Source of the DNA: an uncultured bacterium
Lineage (GTDB): Bacteria > Babelota > Babeliae > Babelales > Babelaceae
Assembly (NCBI GenBank): GCA_963824495.1
Contig: CAWGPQ010000014.1
Span: 64,001-128,000, forward strand
Reading direction: 5' to 3'
DNA length: 64,000 bases
Part shown: piece by piece, positions 51,211 through 61,390 of the stretch
Position numbering within the stretch: the first letter of the stretch is position 1
Layout of the letters: every line of letters begins with the position of its first letter
The notes under the pieces: generated by a model
Database searches by the model: none
Seen by the model: only the letters and a program-made list of their open reading frames with translations
Told to the model about the DNA's origin: nothing
Made by a program: the position numbers and the translations under genes

Positions 51211-51672
51211 ATGAAAACAGATATATTTAAAATAACCCCTATTGTTTCGCTTGTACTGAAACAAAACGACAAGATACTTTTAGTTCACCGCTCTAACACC
51301 GGCCATCTCGATGGAACGCACAGCTTAGTTGGCGGTCACGTTGATGGTAACGAGACGATGCGTCAAGCACTCGTGCGTGAAGCACATGAAGAAATTGGTA
51401 TCACTATCAAACCGGAAGATCTTCGATTTGTTCAAGTGATACATCATACTACACAAGATAAGCGAGAACTGGTTCAATTCTTTTTTACCACTGACGCATG
51501 GCAAGGTGAGCCTTATAATAAAGAACCACATAAGCATGACAATGTTGAATGGTTTGCTATCAATGCGTTACCCTCATCGCTCTTGCCTCACGTGCGTAAA
51601 CTTCTCGAACATTACCCTCATCATAATCCCTATGCTGAGTTTGGCTGGAGTGCTCAGAGTTTAGCACTCTAA
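51211..51672 (+). CDS. NUDIX hydrolase, tandem paralog
   Basis: GGHVDGNETMRQALVREAHEEIG; shares WQGEPYNKEP. Confidence 0.9.
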   Translation: MKTDIFKITPIVSLVLKQNDKILLVHRSNTGHLDGTHSLVGGHVDGNETMRQALVREAHEEIGITIKPEDLRFVQVIHHTTQDKRELVQFFFTTDAWQGEPYNKEPHKHDNVEWFAINALPSSLLPHVRKLLEHYPHHNPYAEFGWSAQSLAL

Positions 51673-51700
51673 TTTTGCTTGTAGTCATGTAGCCATACTG

Positions 51701-53411
51701 TTATTGAGCACCAGCTTGTACTAATTGGCTAACTATAGCCTCATATCCCTTAACGGGTTGCGCAATGTAATGGCGTTTCACCTTTATCATTGTGCGTATT
51801 GACGTCTGCTTTCGCTTGTAAAAGTATTTCAGTAATGGCAAGATTACCGGCGAGTGCGGCATAATGAAGAGCAGTATTACCCTTCTCATTGATATGATTT
51901 AGGTTAGCACCAGCCTGTATGAGCACTTTAACCGCTTCTGTATGGTCTGTATGGCCATCTAAAGCCGCCCATATAAGGGCAGTATTGCCATTGTTATCAG
52001 TTTGATTGATGTGGGCTCCAGCATCTATAAGCAATTTAACTATTTCTTTATCTGCCATAACGGTTGCTGTCATAAGAGCAGTATAACCATGAATGGCATC
52101 GTTGACATTAGCACCGGCCTCAATAAGTACTTTGACTGTTTCTGTATATCTTTTTTCAATTGCCAACATAAGGGCAGTAGTTCCTTCATTATTGGCGTGA
52201 TTAAGTTTGGTACGGTCTCGTATAAGCACCTTAACTGTTTCTGTATGTCCATTGCTTGCTGCCCTTATAAGAGCAGTACTTCCAGCATTATTGGTATGAT
52301 TAACATCAGCACCATGCCCTATAAGCATCCTAACTATTTCTGTATGTCCATCCAAAGCCGCGCATATAAGAGCAGTAGTGCCATTGCTACTAGTGTGGTT
52401 AAGTTTGGCGCCACGTTCTATAAGCAACTTAACTGTATCGATATGCTTATTATTAGCTGCGTACATAAGAGCAGTCCAGCCCTCTTTATCGGCATGATTA
52501 ACGTCAGCCTCATACTTCGCTTCATCCTTCGCTGAAGCTACGGAGGACAAGAAAGCTACGGAGGACGGGAAGGCTTCGTATGGCCTGTCCTTCGTAGTTT
52601 TAACGTAGGGGGAACTGCCAGCTCCTATAAGCAATTTAGCTATATCTGTATGGCCATTAAAGGCTGCTAAAATGAGAGCACTATAGCCATCTTTATCTAT
52701 ATGATGAACATTAGCACCGTGCTCTATAAGCAGCTTAACGATATCGGTATGCTTATTATTAGCTGCAAACATAAGGGCGGTCCAACCAGGCTCACGCTCA
52801 TCGGCATAATTAATATCAGCACCATGTCCTATAAGCACTCTGGCTATATCTGTATGTCCATACTCAGCTGCTGCCATAAGGGCGGTTATGCCAGTATTAC
52901 TAACGTGGTTAAGCTTAGCGCGATATTCTATAAGCAGCTTCACTATATCTATCTGCCCACCCCAAGCTGCCAACATTAGAGCAGTATGGCCATATTTATC
53001 TATATGATTAACATTAGCGCCATGCTCTATAAGCAGCTTAACGATATCGGTATGCTTATTATTAACTGCAACCATAAGGGCAGTCCAGCTAGCTTTATCA
53101 GTATGATTGACGTTAGTTGCAGTACGTAAAAGTATCTCAATCGTTTCTTTATATCCCTTTTCAGCCGCGTACATAAGAGCAGTATCGCCATTGCTGTCGG
53201 CGTAATTACTGTCCGCACCTTTTTCTAGTAAATATGTAACGTTGTCGGTATCGCCTATGCTAACTGCTTTTAATAGGCATTCATTAAGTTCCCGTTGATT
53301 TAGAAGGATAATCTGTTGTGAGGGAAGAACGGAAATGCAGCTTACATTCGTGGACAAGTTCGATAGAGCAAGAGATATTAGGAGACATTTGTTTAAAATC
53401 TTCTTTATCAT
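51701..53411 (-). CDS. Secreted ankyrin-repeat protein (ORF 51750..53411; final repeat frameshifted at 51755-51757)
   Basis: Long ankyrin array; removing one C gives PLHCATVKGYEAIVSQLVQAGAQ*. Confidence 0.88.
52509..52616. repeat. 108-bp in-frame insertion built from three REP-like palindromic units
   Basis: Splits the ankyrin G|ADVNH motif; units gtcctccgtagct...agcgaag (two, nested) and cctgtccttcgtagttttaacgtagggg (inverted). Confidence 0.8.
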
Positions 53412-53591
53412 TTTTCTCCTTTAATAGATTGATTAAAGAGTATTGCTATAATAGTTTATATTTTATAGAAACCATAGAGTTAAGATAGTACCCTAACCTG
53501 CCTACGGTATATCTCTTTACAGCGCTAGTTCTGGCATGATAGTGTTTGCCTAATAACCGTAACAATATCTTAGATTAAGTGTCTTAGATTA

Positions 53592-54845
53592 ATGGAGCGA
53601 ATAGGCATGCAAAAATCTTCGGATAATCTTTCATCTGCACCTAAAAACTGGCTTAATAAAAATATCCTTGGTTTTGGATTGGCAAGCTTTTGGGGGGATT
53701 TTGGTTACGAAATAGCCACTGCAGCACTTCCTCTTTTGCTCGTAACGCTTGTTGGTAGCGCTGCGGCTCCACAAGTCTTGGGATTTGTTAGTAGTATTTC
53801 TGACGGTGCTGCAAGCTTTCTTAAGATATTTTCTGGTTGGTTGAGCGATCGAGTGCCCCGCCGTAAGCCATTTCTTGTTCTGGGTTATTCGCTTTCCGGG
53901 CTATTTATAGGGCTTATAGGCACTGCGACAACTGCGGGACAGATTATAGCATACCGAACCTGCGCTTGGATTGGTAAAGGGCTGAGGGAGCCGCCACGTG
54001 ATGCACTTATAGCTGAGTCCGTCCAGCGGCAGTATTATGGCCGCGCTTTTGGATTTCATCGTGCTATGGACACCTTAGGCGCAATTTTAGGGCCTGCACT
54101 TATGTTTTTTGTTTTGAGAAGCATCTCTTTAAGAAGTATATTATTTCTTACGTTTATCCCCGGCATTCTTTCAGTTCTTTCAATACTCTTTCTTACAACA
54201 GATCCAGGCAGAGCTCAGCGGCATGCTTCTTCATCAGGTACTGCTCTTGTTCAATTTAGAGAGCTGCCTCCATCGTTTCTTTATTTTGTCAGTGTTGCGC
54301 TGGTTTTTGCCTTGGGTAATTTTAACAAGATGTTACTGATACTGCGAGCTCAAGAACTATTATCGAATCTTAAGATTATAGGCTCTAGTGAGAAATATGT
54401 TGTAGTGCTCTATATACTCTTTAACTGTGTACGCGCTATTAGTGAATATAGTATAGGTTTATTAAGCGATTATATTGGACGCAAGAACTTATTGGCATTT
54501 TTAGGATATACTTTTTTTGGCATAGTTTCGCTTGGATTACTCAGTATAAGCAACTCGCTAATATTATTAACGGGTATTTTTATTATGGCGGGCATAAGTG
54601 CAGCAACAGTTACTGCTTTAGGCAAAGCCTATGCTGCAGATCTATTGCCTGCTCAAGCACGTGGTACTGGCTATGGCGTACTGCAATTCATCGAGGGTAT
54701 TGGAGCTCTTGTCTCAAGCCTCATTGTTGGAACACTCTGGAGTTCACTGGCACCTACAGCCGGATTTGCTTATTCAGCTATATTGAGCTTTCTAGCGGCA
54801 GCGTTACTATACCGCATGCCACGATCTACAAGCGCGCAGAATTAG
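53592..54845 (+). CDS. MFS transporter
   Basis: GWLSDRVPRRK and GLLSDYIGRK motif A, PRDALI, about 12 hydrophobic segments. Confidence 0.92.
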   Translation: MERIGMQKSSDNLSSAPKNWLNKNILGFGLASFWGDFGYEIATAALPLLLVTLVGSAAAPQVLGFVSSISDGAASFLKIFSGWLSDRVPRRKPFLVLGYSLSGLFIGLIGTATTAGQIIAYRTCAWIGKGLREPPRDALIAESVQRQYYGRAFGFHRAMDTLGAILGPALMFFVLRSISLRSILFLTFIPGILSVLSILFLTTDPGRAQRHASSSGTALVQFRELPPSFLYFVSVALVFALGNFNKMLLILRAQELLSNLKIIGSSEKYVVVLYILFNCVRAISEYSIGLLSDYIGRKNLLAFLGYTFFGIVSLGLLSISNSLILLTGIFIMAGISAATVTALGKAYAADLLPAQARGTGYGVLQFIEGIGALVSSLIVGTLWSSLAPTAGFAYSAILSFLAAALLYRMPRSTSAQN

Positions 54846-55282
54846 CGTTCAAACCTTTGTGCAAAAATTGGCTTATTATTAAATGTTGGTTGTGGATCTT
54901 CGCAATACGGTGAAGGAAAGCGAAAACAGCCCCTTGTAGTTTCAATAGTAGTTGTTCCACCATCACGAAGTTTTTTTACGTGTGAGACGTGAACGTTATG
55001 AAGATCGCGAGGGGTGCCCATTTTTACCCCAAGCTGAGGAGTATGGCGGCTCTTAGGATCATGATGTATAACGAAGAAATTGTCACTTTTGCCCTCAAGA
55101 TTATTAACTTCACCAATTTCTCCAACATATTCTATAGGATACGTCTCTGCAAGCAACTCAAGCGTGTAATGCTGTGTGATGGGTGTGCGGGCCAAAGCAG
55201 CTGAGCATGAAAAAAGTAGTACAAGGCTGAACACGTAAATTTTATTCATAGACAACACCCTCCGGATATTTAATAACCACAC
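54842..55282 (-). CDS. Small secreted hypothetical protein (likely start MNKIYVF)
   Basis: Signal peptide MNKIYVFSLVLLFSCSAALA with GGAGG RBS. Confidence 0.6.
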   Translation of the reverse strand: MWLLNIRRVLSMNKIYVFSLVLLFSCSAALARTPITQHYTLELLAETYPIEYVGEIGEVNNLEGKSDNFFVIHHDPKSRHTPQLGVKMGTPRDLHNVHVSHVKKLRDGGTTTIETTRGCFRFPSPYCEDPQPTFNNKPIFAQRFER

Positions 55283-55451
55283 GTTTGTACGAGCTCAGTT
55301 TAACAAAATATAGTTACTCATGTGTAGAGTATGTATAGAGTATTTTTGGTTCGTCTCTCAATGGCCATAAATTTGACAGATACTATCTTTTGGATAGAAT
55401 CAACTTATAGAATTGTTTTGTAATAGAATTAACTAATAAGGGAAGATTTTT

Positions 55452-58115
55452 ATGAAGCACTATCAAGTGCCTATTGAACAGCTTGCTCAGCTCTATCAGG
55501 CTGATCTTCAGTATGGACTTACACAAGAAGAAGCACAGCGCCGCTTAGTGCTTAACGGCCCCAATACGCTTCCTGAGGAACCTCAAGAATCTTTGGTAAT
55601 GGTGTTTTTGCGCCAATTTAAAAGTCCTCTTCTTTATGTACTTTTGATAGCAGCAGTACTTATTACAGTGCTGGGTAATTATAGCGATGCTCTTGTTATT
55701 GCTGGAGTACTTATCTTTAACGCTTTTGTTGGAACTATTCAGGAAGGCCGAGCACAAGCAGCATTAGCACGTTTAAAGAGTCTTGTAACTGTCTCTTGCT
55801 TGGTTATGCGCGATGGCAAAAAAATAGTTATGGAAGACAGGAACCTTGTTATTGGCGACGTAATTCTCGTGCAAGAAGGTGATAAAATACCTGCTGATGC
55901 CCGTATTATAGAATCACGGGACTTGGTAAGTAATGAGTCTTTGCTGACGGGTGAATCAACAGGTATTGCTAAAATTGCTGAACTCCTAGAAGGTGAGCTA
56001 CCAATCTTTGAACAAAAAAATATGCTTTTTAAGGGTACTACCATTACTTCAGGATCAGCTCGTGCACTTGTTGTTGCAACCGGGACGACGACTGAAGTGG
56101 GAAAATTGCAGGCAAGCGTTGAAGCTATCGAGACCGATATGCCTCTTAAGCGAGAGCTTGATCGTCTTTCGCACTGGATAGTTATTGCCGTTACTTTCAT
56201 GTGCGTAACGCTTTTGCTTGCTGGTTTAGTATTAGGCAAGCCGTTAACAGAGTTATTAGTTATTCTGACAGCTCTCTTTATCGCTGTCATTCCCGAAGGG
56301 TTACCTGTTGTATTTACGCTTGTGCTCGTATCAGGTGCTCATCGTATGGCCCGCAAGCACGTATTGGTCAAGCGTCTTCAAGCGGTGGAGGGTCTGGGCC
56401 GCGCTGACGTTATTATTATTGACAAAACCGGAACGCTTACGCGCAACGAGCTGCTTGTATCGAAAGTATATGCTGATGGTATTTGGTATGACGTCTCCGG
56501 CGTCGGGTACCATGCCCAGGGAACGGTGCTTCATGGCACAGGGTCAGTAATAGATGCTAATAAGCATACTTTGTTATTTCTTATGCGTGATGCAGCTGCC
56601 CTACTTAATACGGCTGAGCTACGAGAGTTACCAGGTGGCATCTTTCAGGTCAAGGGTGAGCCAACTGAAGCTGCAATGGGCGTTTTTGCAGAAAAATTAG
56701 GAGGTCATAAAAGTAAACTTGAGGAAACTTATCGCAAGCTTTACGAAATACCCTTTAACTTTGACTTACGCTTACATCTTGGTTTTTATGAAAAAGATAA
56801 TCGGCTTTGGGTATTTGTTGCGGGAGCACCCGAAAAGATTATGCAATCATGCAAGCATGTAGATTCTAGTGACTATAAAGCTCTTGGTGATGCCCTACAC
56901 GAAGGGTTGCGTGTGGTTGGTGCTGCAGCTTTTGTTGCCGACATGCCTGCAGATCGTGTTAATTGGGAGCAGTATACGCAAGAGCAGGTGCTCGGCAAGC
57001 TTAGATTTTTGGGATTTTTTGGTATTCAGGATGCTATTCGGCCCGATGTATACAACGCTGTTAGTAAAGCACGGGCTTCGGGTTTACATGTTGTTATGGC
57101 AACAGGTGATCATGAAGCAACCGCACGGTTTATTGGTAAAAAGACTGGTATTCTGAGAGAGGGTGACGAGGTGCTAGTTGGTAATGATCTTGAAGATCTC
57201 TCAAAACAAGAAGAACGGGTGCTCGATATCGATAACGTTACAGTTTTCGCTCGGGTTACCCCTACCGATAAGCTTGATATTGTGCGGTTGTTTAAACAAC
57301 ATGGTCATCTTGTTGCAATGACTGGTGACGGTATTAATGACGTTCCATCATTAATTGCCGCCGATTTAGGTATAGCTATGGGTATTAGTGGAACTGACGT
57401 TGCAAAAGAAGCTGCTGATCTGGTGCTTCTGGATGATAGCTTTTCAAGTATTGTACAGGCTATTAAAGAAGGTCGCCATATATTTTATGCACTTCGACGT
57501 GTAGTCTGGTACTTTTTTTCTACTAACTTAAGTGAAGTTTTGGTTATTCTTACTACTTTTTTCTTAAATTGGCCTGTAGCACTTTTAGCACCTCATATTT
57601 TATGGCTTAATCTCGTAACTGATGGATTTTTAGATATGGCGCTATCTATGGAGCCGCATGAACAGGGGCTCTTAAACCAAGCATGGCTTAAACGTATCCA
57701 AAAAGTAGGTTTAGTTGACCGATCGCTTATACTCAAGATTATAGGGGGAGCGCTTCCTATGGCAATAGGTTCGTTATGGGTATTCCCTCGGATATATCCC
57801 TACGATCTTGCTCGCGCTCGTACCATGACGCTCACGTGTATGGCTATGTTCCAGTGGTTTAATGCCTGGAATTGTCGCTCTGAGAAATTGTCGATACTAC
57901 AGCTTGGCTTGTTCAGTAATCCCTGGCTTATCGCTGCTACGTGTCTTGTTGCACTGCTTCAGGTAGCCGTTATATATATACCATTCATGCAGGTTATTTT
58001 TAGAACGGTGCCTATTGCGCTTGGAGATTGGCTTTTAATAGCGGTTGTCGCGTCATCGATTATTGCAATTGAAGAAATACGTAAGGCTGTCCAGCGGTCC
58101 CCATTTGTTATATAA
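55452..58115 (+). CDS. P-type cation-transporting ATPase (P2A/Ca2+-type)
   Basis: TGES, IPEGLP, DKTGTLT, TGDH, TGDGIND, WLNLVTDG. Confidence 0.95.
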   Translation: MKHYQVPIEQLAQLYQADLQYGLTQEEAQRRLVLNGPNTLPEEPQESLVMVFLRQFKSPLLYVLLIAAVLITVLGNYSDALVIAGVLIFNAFVGTIQEGRAQAALARLKSLVTVSCLVMRDGKKIVMEDRNLVIGDVILVQEGDKIPADARIIESRDLVSNESLLTGESTGIAKIAELLEGELPIFEQKNMLFKGTTITSGSARALVVATGTTTEVGKLQASVEAIETDMPLKRELDRLSHWIVIAVTFMCVTLLLAGLVLGKPLTELLVILTALFIAVIPEGLPVVFTLVLVSGAHRMARKHVLVKRLQAVEGLGRADVIIIDKTGTLTRNELLVSKVYADGIWYDVSGVGYHAQGTVLHGTGSVIDANKHTLLFLMRDAAALLNTAELRELPGGIFQVKGEPTEAAMGVFAEKLGGHKSKLEETYRKLYEIPFNFDLRLHLGFYEKDNRLWVFVAGAPEKIMQSCKHVDSSDYKALGDALHEGLRVVGAAAFVADMPADRVNWEQYTQEQVLGKLRFLGFFGIQDAIRPDVYNAVSKARASGLHVVMATGDHEATARFIGKKTGILREGDEVLVGNDLEDLSKQEERVLDIDNVTVFARVTPTDKLDIVRLFKQHGHLVAMTGDGINDVPSLIAADLGIAMGISGTDVAKEAADLVLLDDSFSSIVQAIKEGRHIFYALRRVVWYFFSTNLSEVLVILTTFFLNWPVALLAPHILWLNLVTDGFLDMALSMEPHEQGLLNQAWLKRIQKVGLVDRSLILKIIGGALPMAIGSLWVFPRIYPYDLARARTMTLTCMAMFQWFNAWNCRSEKLSILQLGLFSNPWLIAATCLVALLQVAVIYIPFMQVIFRTVPIALGDWLLIAVVASSIIAIEEIRKAVQRSPFVI

Positions 58116-58157
58116 TTAAAATTATTATTATACTTCGTGAGTTTATCGTGAGTTTAT

Positions 58158-59087
58158 ATGGATACGCGCTCGTTAGTTTTAAGAGTTAAAAATTTAATCA
58201 AATCATTTGGCATACAGTATACTGCAGTTAATAACGTCTCTTTTGAGCTTACTCAGGGGGAGATTTTGGGGTTACTTGGTCCTAATGGTGCCGGTAAAAC
58301 AACAATCATACAAATGCTTTTAGGTATCATGACGCCAACTTCGGGTGTCATAGAGTATTTTGGAAAAAACTTTTTTACCCATCGATCGAAAGCGTTACAA
58401 GATATTTCGTTTGCTAGCACCTATGTTCGACTCCCTGGGCGATTAACTGTTTATGAAAATTTACGCTTCCAAGGCAAACTGTATGGTTTTTCTGTAGAAG
58501 AACTTTCGCGTAAGATACCTCAACTCTTAGATACGTTTGGTATAGGATATCTTGCGCAAAAGAAAGCAGGAATGCTTTCTGCCGGCGAGTCTACACGTGT
58601 TATGCTTGTTAAGGCATTTTTAACCAATCCCAAGATTGTGCTTTTAGATGAACCTACCGCTTCGCTTGACCCTGATGCAGCACAGATAGTTCGTCAAATT
58701 ATTCTTCAACAACGTGAAGAAGCCGGAACATCATTTTTAGTAACTTCGCATGATATGGATGAGGTAGCTGAAGTGTGTGATCGGGTCTTGGTGCTCAAAA
58801 AGGGTACTATTATTGCTAACGATACTCCTGCACATTTGGCAGCTAGTGTCGCATCGACCAAAGTACACTTTATTGCTGATGATTACATGCTTGACCAAAT
58901 AATTGGCTATAGCAAGCAACGTAGTTTAGCGTGTACTCGGGAGGGCCATACCGTGAGCGTTGAGGTATATGAACATGCTATAGCGGGATTTCTTATGGAT
59001 CTTGCACATGCAAAAATAACATACTCCACGATCTCTATTGATAAGCCGAGCCTGGAAGATTATTTTTTGACTATTGCAAAAAGCTAA
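58158..59087 (+). CDS. ABC-2 type transporter ATP-binding protein
   Basis: GPNGAGKT, LSAGE, LLDEPT, TSH. Confidence 0.93.
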   Translation: MDTRSLVLRVKNLIKSFGIQYTAVNNVSFELTQGEILGLLGPNGAGKTTIIQMLLGIMTPTSGVIEYFGKNFFTHRSKALQDISFASTYVRLPGRLTVYENLRFQGKLYGFSVEELSRKIPQLLDTFGIGYLAQKKAGMLSAGESTRVMLVKAFLTNPKIVLLDEPTASLDPDAAQIVRQIILQQREEAGTSFLVTSHDMDEVAEVCDRVLVLKKGTIIANDTPAHLAASVASTKVHFIADDYMLDQIIGYSKQRSLACTREGHTVSVEVYEHAIAGFLMDLAHAKITYSTISIDKPSLEDYFLTIAKS

Positions 59088-59889
59088 AAAGGCAGTCATG
59101 ATACTCTATCGCATTCAAGCACTTATAGAACGCAACCTTATCATAACATTGCGCGATGCTCAACGGCTTGTTGATTTTTTCTATTGGCCACTTCTGGATA
59201 TTATTATTTGGGGCTTTACCAGTAAATGGCTTCAGTATCAGCAGATATCACAGTCGAATCTGACGCTTATAGTATTAAGCTCCCTTGTGCTTTGGCAGGT
59301 AACAACACGAGCGAATCTTGAGGTATCATTTAACTTACTTGAAGAGCTGTGGTCGCGTAATATAGTTAATCTCTTTTCAACACCCTTATATAGTAATGAG
59401 TGGACAATAGCCTCGTTAATTATGGGATTCTATAAATCAATACTAGTGTTTTTCTTTGGTGCCTTTCTTGCTTGGTCATTGTGTGGTGTTACTATATTTT
59501 CAGTAGGTTGGTTACTGATCCCTTGTTTTTTCTTGTTGGTTGCATCTGGTTTGACCATCGGCTTGTTTGTTACAAGCGCCTTAATCTATTGGGGTCAGAA
59601 AGGCCAAACACTCGTGTGGACGGTCACATGGATCTTTGCTCCTTTTAGTGGGGTATTTTATCCTATAGCTGTTCTGCCATCCTGGGCTCAGTCTATTGCT
59701 AAAGCATTACCCATGACCTATGTTTTTGAGGGTCTCCGTTCCTTTCTCACTACGGGCATTGTGCCATGGCACGCATTGGCAACAAGCGCAGTTTTGAACA
59801 TTATCTATTTTGTAGGAGCGCTTCTGTGCTTTCGTATCATGTTTAACAAAAGCAAAGTCAAAGGCCTGGCACGCCTTGAGGTAGAGTAG
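59074..59889 (+). CDS. ABC-2 type transporter permease (likely start MILYRIQ)
   Basis: Six hydrophobic segments; FSGVFYPIAVLPSWAQ. Confidence 0.9.
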   Translation: MQKAKKAVMILYRIQALIERNLIITLRDAQRLVDFFYWPLLDIIIWGFTSKWLQYQQISQSNLTLIVLSSLVLWQVTTRANLEVSFNLLEELWSRNIVNLFSTPLYSNEWTIASLIMGFYKSILVFFFGAFLAWSLCGVTIFSVGWLLIPCFFLLVASGLTIGLFVTSALIYWGQKGQTLVWTVTWIFAPFSGVFYPIAVLPSWAQSIAKALPMTYVFEGLRSFLTTGIVPWHALATSAVLNIIYFVGALLCFRIMFNKSKVKGLARLEVE

Positions 59890-59957
59890 CCGGGACTTCA
59901 GCTGGGGCTTCTTTTGGTCGGAGAAATTCGTGCTCATAAACCTGCTAATATCAGAGC

Positions 59958-61295
59958 TCAAGTTGCAGGCAGCCTGGGAGAAATAGCATAGCGAGCGATG
60001 AGATCGGTAATTTCAGCAGGGAGTATCCCCAAAGGCTGAGCTGTACCGTTGGCATTATTATTGGTATACAACATACCCAAGCATCCTTGTTTTCCATTGC
60101 GTGACACACATCGTAATGTAGCACGAGCAGCATTACGCTCAATCAAGTTTGCTATTTCGTCACGATTAGCTCTCACAGCAATACTCCAAGCTGTCTGTCC
60201 GTTGTGATTAGGAATAGTAACTTGCGCTCCACCTCTCAGTAAGAACTTAAAGGTAGTGGTGCGTCCAGCTTGAGCAGCTAGGTGTAACGCTGTATTGCCA
60301 TTGTTATTTACAGCATCAATACAAACACCGTGATTAAGTAATAACCAAAGAACAAATTCGTTACCATTACGCGCAGCTATATGAAGAGGGGTATTGCCCT
60401 CATTATCTTGCACAGCCATATCAAGGTTATATTCATTAAGTAAACGCTTAATAAATTCGCTATAATTTTGAGCAGCTGCCCAATGTAATGCTGTCATCCC
60501 AAACTTATCCCGGGTATTAACGGCAGCACAATTTAAAAGAGGGCTTTTGCCCTTGCTAGAAATTTTAGTTTTCTTAGATGGCTCTTTTTTAAGAAGATTC
60601 TTAATAGTATTAGTATCCCTGGTGATAATTGCTTGAGCCATCGGTGAAAAGCCACTCTCAGTTAAAGCTAGTGCCATATCACGTCTATCTTCAGCTGATA
60701 AAGCAGGAGGTACGATGGCACCATAACGTATAAGCAGTTCAACTACTGCCTCTTTGTGTTCTTTGATAGCCGCCATTAGGGCAGTCAAGCCAGTATTAGT
60801 AATATGATTGATATTAGCATCATGCTCTATAAGCATTTTAACTATCTCTACGTACCCTTTCCAAGCTGCATACACGAGAGCAATAAAGCCATTGTTATCA
60901 ACTTGATTAACATCAGCATGTGCCTCAATAAGCAATCTTATTATATCAGCACGACCCTTAATAGCTGCACGCATCAAGGCAGTGCTTCCATCATATGTGG
61001 TATCATTTGGGTTAGCATTATGCTCTATAAGTATTTTAACTACCTCTGCATGCCCATACCAAGCAGCGCATAACAGACTAGTCTGGTCCTCACTATCCCT
61101 GCTGTGGTTAATATCGGCGCCCTGCTTTAGTAAGGAGATTACGGTATCTGTATTCGCTGCTTTCGCTGCTTCTATCAATTGCTCATTAAGCCGACGTTGG
61201 TGCTGCTCTTGGTTAAAAGAGTGCATGCCCATAAGTTGCTGCAAACTAACCAGAAAAATACTAAAGCTTGTCCGTGCCAGGATACACTTGTTCAT
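59958..61295 (-). CDS. Secreted ankyrin-repeat protein with C-terminal F-box-like motif
   Basis: Family leader MNKCIL...QLMGM; ends LPAEITDLIARYA. Confidence 0.88.
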   Translation of the reverse strand: MNKCILARTSFSIFLVSLQQLMGMHSFNQEQHQRRLNEQLIEAAKAANTDTVISLLKQGADINHSRDSEDQTSLLCAAWYGHAEVVKILIEHNANPNDTTYDGSTALMRAAIKGRADIIRLLIEAHADVNQVDNNGFIALVYAAWKGYVEIVKMLIEHDANINHITNTGLTALMAAIKEHKEAVVELLIRYGAIVPPALSAEDRRDMALALTESGFSPMAQAIITRDTNTIKNLLKKEPSKKTKISSKGKSPLLNCAAVNTRDKFGMTALHWAAAQNYSEFIKRLLNEYNLDMAVQDNEGNTPLHIAARNGNEFVLWLLLNHGVCIDAVNNNGNTALHLAAQAGRTTTFKFLLRGGAQVTIPNHNGQTAWSIAVRANRDEIANLIERNAARATLRCVSRNGKQGCLGMLYTNNNANGTAQPLGILPAEITDLIARYAISPRLPAT

Positions 61296-61348
61296 ACTGT
61301 GCCTTTTTGCGCTATATTTTTATTTTAAATAAAAAATTTGATTATTTT

Positions 61349-61377
61349 ATTATAACCCGCGGTATATGCTTGGTCAA
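61349..61377 (-). promoter_or_regulatory. Sigma70-type promoter of ankyrin gene
   Basis: TTGACC-17 bp-TATAAT. Confidence 0.65.
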
Positions 61378-61390
61378 ACCTTGCTCAAGC

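Noticed and set aside
52002..52979. Plus-strand ORFs over ankyrin genes (also 12307..12708, 60804..61332) and minus-strand ORF 55739..56290 over the P-type ATPase
   Set aside because: Antisense shadows of real coding sequence.
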